From IMG/VR virus record IMGVR_UViG_3300030061_000857: a DNA stretch of 22,789 bases, one strand, 5' to 3'. The notes under the pieces were generated by a model. The model worked only from the letters and a program-made list of their open reading frames with translations, made no database searches and had not been told where the DNA came from. This document shows positions 8,201-15,606 of the stretch, one piece after another; the stretch's first letter is position 1; every line of letters starts with the position of its first letter. This DNA is from an uncultured virus (IMG/VR IMGVR_UViG_3300030061_000857) (taxonomy: Duplodnaviria; Heunggongvirae; Uroviricota; Caudoviricetes; Crassvirales). Position numbers and translations under genes: made by a program.

Positions 8201-8589
8201 GCTCATGTATTACAGCGATTGAAGGATGCATGGATGCAAATGCTTTTAACTATGATGCGTTTGCTAATGTAAATGATTCTGCATCTTGTTTATACGATGC
8301 ACAATGTATTACAGGTCCAGGTAATCCTTACTGGTTAAACGATCCTTGTTATGCTTGGGTAATAGATGTAGATGAATATTGTTGTAATAATGCATGGGAC
8401 AATATATGTCAATTAACATACGATCATTGTAATGATAATTGGTCAGGACCTCTACCTAAAAGAACAGACGCAAAATTAATAGGAGTTACAGATTTATTAG
8501 GTAAGCCTGTAAATAAAATTAAAAATCAGCTTTTATTATATATGTATGATGATGGAAGCGTAAACAGAAAAATAATAATTAAAAAATAA
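5221..8589 (+). CDS. Large secreted Cys-repeat protein with T9SS-like C-terminal domain (1122 aa)
   Basis: Signal peptide MKKLLLILLLLPFIGLG|Q; three DxxGDG modules; 21 GC[TM][DN]...NY...A...C repeats; DEYCCNNAWD module; basic tail KLIGVTDLLGKPVNKIKNQLLLYMYDDGSVNRKIIIKK resembling flavobacterial T9SS CTDs. Confidence 0.75.
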   Translation: MKKLLLILLLLPFIGLGQNTWVNYQVQYDFYAPAESHFFMVSDANGDTAMFHQPTTPYEFLDTTIFINSGSYTVSLIDSFGDGWISNQPAFFRMRNLCQGLIINWDPVLGSFYLRDTTVNILPCAPPVYGCMDSNALNYDPLATIDDGSCTYPPCNGIINDTAWQMCWGSQAAISWEWETPNNTNCAVIELHYGSANGYNITIPGFWPSGGWSNFAIGAGPGQMPPNWNEEHYMVLEFVDGTLSDTMFFTPYACIPGCTDPTQQSYNPWATIDDGSCAGTTCDTATEYQITMEITLDNWPNETSWIMNSGGIIDQAPQGTYNFNDIGQTFTYTFCVDQNIGFELILSDSYGDGLAGSTSGGSLDGNVVIYDCNGDTIWSLPDPNFGNVTYSGPQNGVPCNTTPDIYGCTDDDYVEYVDSANVDDGSCLTLHTYGCTDSAAFNYNPNATIMDLVPDCNYTLILEDDAGDGWGNSYLGVSQGQMLWNFTMGPGAYADTFNLILDSDQPVTIYYFEIGGPQTPPEEVQFQTWHNSFKLINANGIVLLEEGTNPFANNGQGALQEFDSPFWHTYSAVPYCGNYCIPTILGCMDSTAFNYADSANTDDGSCIPVILGCTNPLAFNYDAFANVDDSSCVTTIVGCMDSLAFNYNPFANVNDPASCVPVIYGCMDDTMFNYNPAANTPDTCIPVVFGCTDALAFNYDSLANTNNNSCIPFIYGCTNPAALNYDPLANTDDSTCIGVVYGCTDPTMWNYNQLANTDNGSCIPFIYGCTDSTMFNYDPLANTDNNTCIPFIYGCTNPIALNFDQNANTDDFSCILPIYGCMDSTAFNYDPLANVDNGSCVPVILGCTNPIALNYDPNANTDDFSCILPIYGCTDSTMFNYDPLANVDNGTCIPYIYGCTNPVALNYDPNANTDDFSCILPIYGCTDSTMFNYNPLANVDNGSCIPFIYGCTNPNSINYDPMANTEDFSCIPFIYGCTDSTALNYDSLANTDNGSCITAIEGCMDANAFNYDAFANVNDSASCLYDAQCITGPGNPYWLNDPCYAWVIDVDEYCCNNAWDNICQLTYDHCNDNWSGPLPKRTDAKLIGVTDLLGKPVNKIKNQLLLYMYDDGSVNRKIIIKK
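6973..8289 (+). repeat. Tandem array of 17 ~26-aa (~78-nt) two-Cys repeats
   Basis: Counted from the translation; consensus YGCT[DN]xxAxNYDPxANxDxxSCIPxI; four more dispersed copies lie upstream in the same ORF. Confidence 0.95.
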
Positions 8590-8598
8590 ATAAAAATT

Positions 8599-8964
8599 AT
8601 GGCAACATTAATATCAAAATTAACTTTATCTAGTTCAAATGCTACAAGCGATACGCTAAATGTTACTGTTACAGATACTTTAAATGTAGGAGAGCCTTCA
8701 GTTAGTTTATCTAGAATATCATTAGTAGGTGATGCTTCAGCAACTTCAATACTTTCAGCAAGTAATTCAACTACTACTTATGTATATGTAAAAAATACTG
8801 ATGCTACAAATCATATAAAACTATATACAGGAGCAGATGAATTATTTGGAATAATTTGGCCAGGACAATTTTCTTTCTTTGCAATAATAGACGGTGAAGG
8901 ATTAAAGTGTCAAGCAAATACTGGAAACTGTATTATTGAATACGGATATTGGACTAAAGCATAG
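8599..8964 (+). CDS. Small beta-rich phage protein, probably structural (121 aa)
   Basis: Ser/Thr-rich strands, YVYVKNTD and WPGQFSFF motifs recalled from small aquatic-phage beta-sandwich proteins; A-rich leader. Confidence 0.55.
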   Translation: MATLISKLTLSSSNATSDTLNVTVTDTLNVGEPSVSLSRISLVGDASATSILSASNSTTTYVYVKNTDATNHIKLYTGADELFGIIWPGQFSFFAIIDGEGLKCQANTGNCIIEYGYWTKA

Positions 8965-8966
8965 AT

Positions 8967-9428
8967 ATGAAACTACAAGTATTAAGGTTTAGCAGTGAAT
9001 CAGATTCAACTAATGGCTTATTACTAGATGTTACAGATGGTGTAAATTTTCTTGCATATACTTTAGAAGATGAATATAGAAAACACAAGAGAAGTAAAGA
9101 AACAAGAATACCTGCTGGAACATATGAAATAAAATTAAGAAATGAAGGGGGATTCCACCAAAGGTATAGTAAGAAATATTCTAGTATCCATAGGGGTATG
9201 CTGCATATTATTGATGTACCTGGTTTTGAGTACATTCTCATTCATGTTGGCAATTCTGATGAGCATACTGCAGGCTGTTTACTTGTGGGTGATAGTCAAG
9301 AAAATAACCAAATAAATAAAAATGGTTTTATAGGAAGCTCGGGTAATGCTTACAAAAGAATATACCCTTTAATAGCAAAAGCAATAGAAAAAGAAAAAGT
9401 AACAATACAATATATAGACTTAGATTAA
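8967..9428 (+). CDS. DUF5675-family protein, putative endolysin/peptidoglycan peptidase
   Basis: AYTLED, TRIPAGTYEI, DVPGFEYILIHVGN, HTAGCLLVG match the DUF5675 signature, with an H...GC pair as in L,D-transpeptidase-like folds. Confidence 0.85.
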   Translation: MKLQVLRFSSESDSTNGLLLDVTDGVNFLAYTLEDEYRKHKRSKETRIPAGTYEIKLRNEGGFHQRYSKKYSSIHRGMLHIIDVPGFEYILIHVGNSDEHTAGCLLVGDSQENNQINKNGFIGSSGNAYKRIYPLIAKAIEKEKVTIQYIDLD

Positions 9429-9429
9429 A

Positions 9430-9675
9430 ATGGCAAAGTGGATTAAACAACAGAAGTTAACAAACAACATTTATACAGCGGATGCAAACTTTGTACACTC
9501 ACAAGGTGTGCCTGCTGCACAATGGGTTATTACTCACAACTTAGGTAAAAAAACCTCAGTAACAGTTGTTGACTCTGCAGACCAAGTCGTAATAGGTCAA
9601 ATTACTTATAATAGTGTTAACCAGGTTACATTAGACTTTCAAGGTTCTTTCTCAGGGAAAGCATACTTTAATTAA
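9430..9675 (+). CDS. Small tail-fibre-associated protein with HNLG domain (81 aa)
   Basis: WVITHNLGKKTSVTVVDS...VTLDFQGSFSGKAYFN; similar to the C-terminal domain of the next gene. Confidence 0.7.
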   Translation: MAKWIKQQKLTNNIYTADANFVHSQGVPAAQWVITHNLGKKTSVTVVDSADQVVIGQITYNSVNQVTLDFQGSFSGKAYFN

Positions 9676-9706
9676 AAAATAATAATAAACATAAAAAAAT
9701 AAAAAA

Positions 9707-12532
9707 ATGGCAGAAGTAAAATTTATAGCGGATATTAACCTAAATAATAATCAGCTTACAAACGTTAAACTTCAAAATTTAACATCCGATCCTTCTGGTT
9801 TAGCTGGTGAAGGACAAATATATTATCATAGCAATGATAATTTAATAAAGTTTCACACAGGTTCAGACAACTGGGTATCTCTCTCATCAGCTTCTGGTGA
9901 TATAACAGGTGTTACAGCCGGTAACGGTTTAACTGGTGGTGGTACTTCAGGTGGAGTTAGTTTAGCTGTAGGTGCTGGTGACGGTATAACAGTTAACTCA
10001 GGTGACGTAGCTGTAACAGCTGCACAAACAACTATAACATCCGTATTAAACGCTAGTTTAGTTATTGGTAGAGATGCTGATAATGACATTGATTTTGGAA
10101 CTGATAACAACATAATTTTTAGAGCAGGTGCTGCAGATCAAATAGTTTTAAAAGACGGAGTGTTAGAGCCTGTAACTGATGATGATGTTGACTTAGGTTC
10201 AAGCTCAAAACAATTTAAAAACGGTTATTTTGATGGAACATTAGAAGCTGATGTTTTATCTATTAATGGCACCGCCGTAACAAGTACAGCTGCAGAGCTC
10301 AATATTCTAGACGGAGTAACGGCTACTGCTTCAGAACTGAATATTATGGACGGCGTGACTTCAACTACTGCAGAATTAAATATTCTTGATGGTGTAACAT
10401 CAACTGCAGCAGAGTTAAATATATTAGACGGTGTAACTAGTACGGCAGCAGAATTAAACATACTTGATGGCGTAACGTCTACTACTGCTGAATTAAATGT
10501 GTTAGATGGTATAACAGCAGTTGTAGGTGAATTAAACGCTTTAGACTTAGGAAGTACCGCTGTTGGTACTGCAATCGCAAGTAAAGCAGTAATATTAGAT
10601 TCAAGCAAAGATTACACAGGAATAAGAAATCTTACAATAGCTGGCTTATTAACTGGTAGTGGTAGAATTATAGTTGATGATACAACTGATGCTACAAGTA
10701 CAACAGACGGATCTTTACAAACAGATGGTGGTTTATCTGTAGCAAAAGACGCTGTAATTGGTGATGACTTAATCATGTTATCTGATTCAGCTCAAATAGC
10801 TTTTGGTGCTAACAAAGAAGTATTATTAAAACATGAGCATAATTCAGGTTTAGTATTACAACACTCAGCAACAGCTGACGGTGCTGGAACAACACTTACA
10901 TTACAATCGGCAGAAGCTGCTTTAACGGCTAATGAAGAAATTGCTGCAATACAGTTTGATCCATCAGATTCAGATGGTACTGACGGTACAGCTATATCTG
11001 CTAGAATTGCTGCAATTGCTGAAGGAACTTTTTCTGCAAGTAACAACGCTACAAGACTTGAGTTTCAATTAGGTGAATCTGAAGCTGCTAGTACAGACAC
11101 AGTTAAAATGACTTTATCATCTGCAGGTTTACTTACTATTACTGATGATCTTGTTATTAAAAATGGTGGTACAATTGGAGCTGCAAATGATACTGATTTA
11201 CTTACAATGGGTAATGGTATATTAACTGTTGCTGGTGAAGTATCTATGACAACTCTAGATATTGGTGGTACTAATGTATCAGCAACTGCTGCGGAACTAA
11301 ACATATTAGATGGTGTAACTGCAACAGCTAGTGAATTAAATATTATGGATGGCGTTACATCCACAACAGCTGAGTTAAACATCCTGGATGGTGTTACCGC
11401 AACGGCAGCTGAGCTAAATGTGCTTGACGGTATTACTGCTGTAGTTGGTGAACTTAACGCTCTTGATATTGGTAGTACAGCTGTAGGAACAGCAGTAGCA
11501 AGTAAGGCTGTTATACTAGACTCTAATAAAGATTATACAGGTATAAGAAACCTTACGATTACTGGTAACTTATCGGTAACTGGTACTACTACTACGGTTA
11601 ATACAGTAACAATGAATGCGGAAAATGCTATAGTATTTGAAGGTGCTACTGCTGATTCACACGAAACTACTTTAACCATTGTAGATCCAACTGCAGATCA
11701 CACATATAAATTACCTGATCTTGGCAGCACTAATGACGAAGGATATATTGCTGCTTTTGCTGCAGACCCTGGCACAAGTCCACTTATAACATCTACACCT
11801 ACAGAACTTAACTTGTTAGACGGAGTTACATCTACAACGGCTGAATTAAATATTTTAGATGGAGTAACTTCTACTGCGGCTGAACTTAATATACTAGATG
11901 GTGTTACTTCAACAACTGCGGAACTTAATATACTTGACGGGGTTACTGCAACTGCATCTGAGTTGAATATAATGGATGGAGTGACTGCTACTACAGCAGA
12001 GCTTAACATTATGGATGGTGTAACAGCTACCGCTGCAGAAATTAATTTAATAGACGGTGGTACTTCAAGAGGTACTACAGCTGTATCTAACGGTGACGGT
12101 TTCTTACATAATGATGGTGGTACAATGCGTATGACTAACGTTAGTAAACTAGCTGATTTAATGGCTGGTACTAACATATCTGCTTCAAATTCTGTATTAT
12201 CTGTAGCTAATGCTGCTGCTGATACTAAAGGTGTTGTTGAGCTTGCTACAACTGCAGAAGCTTTAGCTGGTTCTGATACATCAAGAGCTGTTACACCTGC
12301 TGGTTTAGCAGCTAGAAGTTTTAAAGCTACAATTGGTGATGGTAGTGATTTAGATATAACTATTCAACATGATTTAGGAACAAGAGATGTTATTGTACAA
12401 TGTTATGACGCAAGTTCTTATGAAACTGTTTATGCACAAGTAGTTAGAACAGATGCAAACAATGTTACAATTGACACTAATACAGCTATTGCATCTAATG
12501 ATGTTATAGTATTAATAACTAAAGTAGATTAA
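9707..12532 (+). CDS. Long tail fibre protein with 13-aa ELNILDG repeats (941 aa)
   Basis: GDITGVTAGNGLTGGG, 19 VTxTxAELNILDG repeats in three blocks, KGVVELATTAE...RAVTPAGL fibre motif, C-terminal IQHDLGTRDVIVQ domain. Confidence 0.85.
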   Translation: MAEVKFIADINLNNNQLTNVKLQNLTSDPSGLAGEGQIYYHSNDNLIKFHTGSDNWVSLSSASGDITGVTAGNGLTGGGTSGGVSLAVGAGDGITVNSGDVAVTAAQTTITSVLNASLVIGRDADNDIDFGTDNNIIFRAGAADQIVLKDGVLEPVTDDDVDLGSSSKQFKNGYFDGTLEADVLSINGTAVTSTAAELNILDGVTATASELNIMDGVTSTTAELNILDGVTSTAAELNILDGVTSTAAELNILDGVTSTTAELNVLDGITAVVGELNALDLGSTAVGTAIASKAVILDSSKDYTGIRNLTIAGLLTGSGRIIVDDTTDATSTTDGSLQTDGGLSVAKDAVIGDDLIMLSDSAQIAFGANKEVLLKHEHNSGLVLQHSATADGAGTTLTLQSAEAALTANEEIAAIQFDPSDSDGTDGTAISARIAAIAEGTFSASNNATRLEFQLGESEAASTDTVKMTLSSAGLLTITDDLVIKNGGTIGAANDTDLLTMGNGILTVAGEVSMTTLDIGGTNVSATAAELNILDGVTATASELNIMDGVTSTTAELNILDGVTATAAELNVLDGITAVVGELNALDIGSTAVGTAVASKAVILDSNKDYTGIRNLTITGNLSVTGTTTTVNTVTMNAENAIVFEGATADSHETTLTIVDPTADHTYKLPDLGSTNDEGYIAAFAADPGTSPLITSTPTELNLLDGVTSTTAELNILDGVTSTAAELNILDGVTSTTAELNILDGVTATASELNIMDGVTATTAELNIMDGVTATAAEINLIDGGTSRGTTAVSNGDGFLHNDGGTMRMTNVSKLADLMAGTNISASNSVLSVANAAADTKGVVELATTAEALAGSDTSRAVTPAGLAARSFKATIGDGSDLDITIQHDLGTRDVIVQCYDASSYETVYAQVVRTDANNVTIDTNTAIASNDVIVLITKVD
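10277..10549 (+). repeat. ELNILDG repeat block 1 (7 x 39 nt)
   Basis: Seven consecutive 13-codon units, the last a variant ITAVVGELNALDL. Confidence 0.95.
11276..11470 (+). repeat. ELNILDG repeat block 2 (5 x 39 nt)
   Basis: Five 13-codon units followed by the same cap (GSTAVGTAxASKAVILDSxKDYTGIRNLTI) as block 1. Confidence 0.95.
11786..12058 (+). repeat. ELNILDG repeat block 3 (7 x 39 nt)
   Basis: Seven 13-codon units from ITSTPTELNLLDG to VTATAAEINLIDG. Confidence 0.95.
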
Positions 12533-12549
12533 TAACTAAATAGTATTAA

Positions 12550-13869
12550 ATGGGGGGAACTCATAAAATATTTGCAGATATTGATGTTGACGGTGAGGTA
12601 CAAGGTACTTCGCTAGACATTAACGGTAATGGTGATATATCTGGTGTTTTAACACAAGGTGATCATATTGAAATAGCTTCTGCTAAAAGAATAAGATGGG
12701 GAGCTGGAGACGCTATGATTGCAGAAGGTATATCTGAAAATTATGCTTTAGAGTTTTCAACATATAACGGTAGTTCTATGACAGAAGCTTTAAGGTTGAG
12801 TGGTGATAACTCTGCAACTTTTACAGGTAATATAGCTGTAGGCGGTACAGTACTTGGTACATCTGCTAAGTTTGGTAGAGACGCAGACAATCTTATAGAT
12901 TTTGCAACTACAGATAATCAAATAAGATTTAGAGTTAACGGAGGTGACGAAGCTAATATGACTAACGCTTTTTTCTATCCTCACTCTAACGATGGTATGG
13001 CACTTGGTCAAGCGGCTACCGCATGGTCTGACCTTTTCTTAGCATCAGGCGGTGTTATTGGGTTTAATAATGGTGATATGCTTATTACGCACTCTAGTAA
13101 TAAATTAAGTATTAGTGGAGGAACTACATCTATTAACGCTCTTGAACTTGGCCAAACTGATCACGTAATAGAAGATGGTTCTAATATTTTAGATGAAAAC
13201 GATAATACAATGATGAGTTTTGCTAGTGGTGTAGCTAATATTACTGGTAACGCGGCTACAGCCACAGCTTTAACATCTGGTAATAAATCTATTAGTGGTG
13301 ACTTAACTGTTAGTGGTAAAGTAACTACTACTGAAATAGAAGGTAGTAGTATACTATTAGATTCTGCTGGAGATATTGAATTAAACTGTGATGGAGCAGA
13401 TGTAATTTTAAAAGATGCTACTACTGAATTTGGTAGATTTAAAAACGACAGTACTGATTTTGTAATAAAATCTGCTGTTAGTAACAAGGACATGATATTT
13501 AAAGGAGTTGATGGTGGTTCAGCTATAACAGCTCTTACTTTAGATATGTCTGAAGCTGGTAAAGCAACATTTAATAATGACGTTGTAGCTTTCTCTGATA
13601 GAAAATTAAAAGACAATATAGAAACTTTAGATGGTAAAAAAGTTTTAGATATGAGAGGTGTTAGTTTTACTAGAAAAGATACAGGATTAGCTAGTTCTGG
13701 AGTTATAGCCCAAGAAATACAAGAGGTAGCTCCTGAGCTTGTTAACGAAACAAACGGTACATTAGGAGTATCGTATGGTAATTTAGTTGGTTATTTAATT
13801 GAAGCTATTAAAGATCAACAAAAACAAATTGATGAATTAAAAGAAATGTGCAATGGCTGTTCCAAGTAG
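12550..13869 (+). CDS. Tail fibre with C-terminal peptidase S74 intramolecular chaperone (439 aa)
   Basis: FSDRKLKDNI (Ser at 13594), MRGVSF, GVIAQEIQEVAPELV, VSYGNLVGYLIEAIKDQQKQIDELK form the canonical S74 autocleaving chaperone. Confidence 0.9.
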   Translation: MGGTHKIFADIDVDGEVQGTSLDINGNGDISGVLTQGDHIEIASAKRIRWGAGDAMIAEGISENYALEFSTYNGSSMTEALRLSGDNSATFTGNIAVGGTVLGTSAKFGRDADNLIDFATTDNQIRFRVNGGDEANMTNAFFYPHSNDGMALGQAATAWSDLFLASGGVIGFNNGDMLITHSSNKLSISGGTTSINALELGQTDHVIEDGSNILDENDNTMMSFASGVANITGNAATATALTSGNKSISGDLTVSGKVTTTEIEGSSILLDSAGDIELNCDGADVILKDATTEFGRFKNDSTDFVIKSAVSNKDMIFKGVDGGSAITALTLDMSEAGKATFNNDVVAFSDRKLKDNIETLDGKKVLDMRGVSFTRKDTGLASSGVIAQEIQEVAPELVNETNGTLGVSYGNLVGYLIEAIKDQQKQIDELKEMCNGCSK

Positions 13870-14776
13870 TGGTGCTTTAAGTTTAGCTGGTATTAGAGCT
13901 GAGTTAGCTACTAATACTTACGACGCTACTGCTACAACACAGTCTAGTTTAAAAGGATGTTCTGAAGGAAGTGTAGCAACTATTAATACAGCTAACAGTG
14001 CTAGTAATAGACCTGACGGTAGTACACCACATTCAATGGCTGAATTTTATTCTTACGATCACGATCTTAGTTCTTTTACTGATGATATAAGTTTTGATTT
14101 TGATGGAGCTAATGACTATTTACACTTCCAATCAGGTAATTTTGGAACTGATTTAGAAGCTACAGGATCTGTTAGTATGTGGGTTAAGCTAGATTCAATG
14201 TCTGCTAATGGATTTTTGTGGCAAATAAAAGCAGAAGAAGGTACTGATAATCAAATTATATTATTATGGAATAATGCTGCAGGTGTAATAAGAGGTAACG
14301 TTAAGTTTGGTGGAACTACAAATGTAGTTGATTCTGGTAGTGGTTTAGAAAATGATGGTAATTGGCATCATGTTGCAATGACATGGAACTCTGGCTCTAA
14401 AACAGCTAGTCAAAACTATGTTAGATTATATATAGATGGATCAGAAACAGATAACGATGCTATAGGTAACACTTGGTCAGATGAAAGTGGTCACGCTGGT
14501 TTTATTATTGGTAGAAACGATATACAAAGTAATGCCTATTTTAATGGACATATGAACGATATAGCTTTCTTTAGTGATGTATTAACTTCTTCTGAAGTTT
14601 CAACTATATATAATTCAGGATCACCAAAAGACGAAGAGGCACACTCTGGTTTAATAGCTTATTATACTATGGAAAATTATAGTGATAATGATACCACATT
14701 AGCTGATGACTCTGGTAATAGCAAAACACTAACAATAAACAATAGTACAAATATAGACAGTACAGACACACCGTAA
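13853..14776 (+). CDS. Putative fibre-tip adhesin with LamG/concanavalin A-like domain (307 aa)
   Basis: N-terminal MAVPSSGALSL...SMAEFYSYDH typical of genes following S74 fibres; FDFDGANDY, SVSMWVK, DGNWHHVAMTW, LYIDG, FNGHMNDIAFFSDVLTSSEVSTIYNSG are LamG motifs; 17-nt overlap with the upstream gene. Confidence 0.85.
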   Translation: MAVPSSGALSLAGIRAELATNTYDATATTQSSLKGCSEGSVATINTANSASNRPDGSTPHSMAEFYSYDHDLSSFTDDISFDFDGANDYLHFQSGNFGTDLEATGSVSMWVKLDSMSANGFLWQIKAEEGTDNQIILLWNNAAGVIRGNVKFGGTTNVVDSGSGLENDGNWHHVAMTWNSGSKTASQNYVRLYIDGSETDNDAIGNTWSDESGHAGFIIGRNDIQSNAYFNGHMNDIAFFSDVLTSSEVSTIYNSGSPKDEEAHSGLIAYYTMENYSDNDTTLADDSGNSKTLTINNSTNIDSTDTP

Positions 14777-14777
14777 T

Positions 14778-15020
14778 ATGGCAAGAAAATACGTAATACT
14801 AGAAAGTGATGAGTTAAGCAGTGTAGATTTTTCTGATGTACAAGAAACATCTGCAGATACATTAAGGTGGAATAATAACAAGACAAGGACTTTTGTAAAG
14901 TATGAAGGATATAAACCATTGTGTTTATACGGTAAACTTACTTATAGCTACAATCAAATGTTAACACTGTTAAATGATGTAGATGGTGAGTGGTATATAG
15001 AAGATACAACATCAGAATGA
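14778..15020 (+). CDS. Small phage hypothetical protein (80 aa)
   Basis: Tightly packed between neighbours; KYVI...VDFSDVQETSADTLRW...FVKYEG pattern recalled from aquatic phages; function unknown. Confidence 0.7.
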   Translation: MARKYVILESDELSSVDFSDVQETSADTLRWNNNKTRTFVKYEGYKPLCLYGKLTYSYNQMLTLLNDVDGEWYIEDTTSE

Positions 15021-15394
15021 AACTAAAAGAATATATACATAAAAATTTAACAGGTAATACCGCTCAAACTTTATTTAAGAATGATAAAAATAAAGATATT
15101 TCTATAACAGGTATGACGTTATCTAATGTACATGCTACTGATACTGTTTATGTAGATTTATTTTTAAGAGAAAAATTATATATACGTCAAAATCCTATAA
15201 AAAATTGGGACTTAAATACTAATACTTATAGAGATTATTACATAATGAAAAAAATAGAAATTACAAATGAAAATACTTTAATATTAGAACCAAGAGAAGT
15301 TGACTATGACTCAAGAAAGTATGACCTAATGGTACAACTATCTTCTGCAGATAGTAAAGTAGATTTAATGATGAACTTTAGAAAAGAATACTAA
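15017..15394 (+). CDS. Hypothetical beta-rich protein (125 aa; start revised from 14990)
   Basis: ATGA overlap at 15017-15020 with the upstream stop gives MKLKEYIHKN...; LSNVHATDTVYVDLFL and YYIMKKIEI strands. Confidence 0.65.
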   Translation: MKLKEYIHKNLTGNTAQTLFKNDKNKDISITGMTLSNVHATDTVYVDLFLREKLYIRQNPIKNWDLNTNTYRDYYIMKKIEITNENTLILEPREVDYDSRKYDLMVQLSSADSKVDLMMNFRKEY

Positions 15395-15606
15395 TGGAAA
15401 TATTTAAAGATAATAATAACTGGAATGAAAAATCAATAATAGGAGCTGTAGCATTTATAATAATGTGTATGGTTATGGTGTTAGATTTATTAACAGGATG
15501 GCTAGGCAGAGACTTAGCAATTAATGAGTTTGTGTATGACTCTTTTGTATTAGTAGTACTAGGATGTTTTGGTATAGCTGGACTAGAAAAATTTGCTAAG
15601 AAATAA
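15394..15606 (+). CDS. Two-TM small membrane protein, holin/antiholin-like (70 aa)
   Basis: Two hydrophobic segments (IIGAVAFIIMCMVMVLDLL; FVLVVLGCFGIAGL), basic C-terminus, TAATG-coupled to the holin. Confidence 0.6.
   Translation: MEIFKDNNNWNEKSIIGAVAFIIMCMVMVLDLLTGWLGRDLAINEFVYDSFVLVVLGCFGIAGLEKFAKK

Noticed and set aside
8033..8272. 79-aa hydrophobic alternative-frame ORF inside the Cys-repeat gene, a possible embedded spanin or holin
   Set aside because: The Leu/Ile/Met richness is the expected shifted-frame reading of Asn/Asp/Tyr codons; there is no lipobox Cys or charged N-terminus.
2989..8589. Envelope block as host chromosomal DNA or a chimeric assembly
   Set aside because: It is co-oriented and seamlessly packed with phage genes on both sides (1-nt and 9-nt gaps), includes a phage-type SNase and has no housekeeping genes; read mapping would be needed to exclude chimerism fully.
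10511..11560. Duplicated segment as a diversity-generating retroelement TR/VR pair
   Set aside because: Differences are synonymous and involve all bases rather than adenines only, both copies are internal to one ORF, and no reverse transcriptase is in the window.
6973..12058. 78-nt and 39-nt periodic DNA as a CRISPR array
   Set aside because: Units are in-frame protein repeats with third-position variation and no constant repeat/unique spacer structure.
12530..12548. Imperfect inverted repeat TAATAACTA-AA-TAGTATTA as a terminator
   Set aside because: Almost all A/T, bulged, 2-nt loop and no U-tract; expected by chance at this composition.
14990..15016. Track start of the 134-aa ORF
   Set aside because: It would overlap the upstream gene by 31 nt; the ATGA-coupled ATG at 15017 fits the local pattern better.
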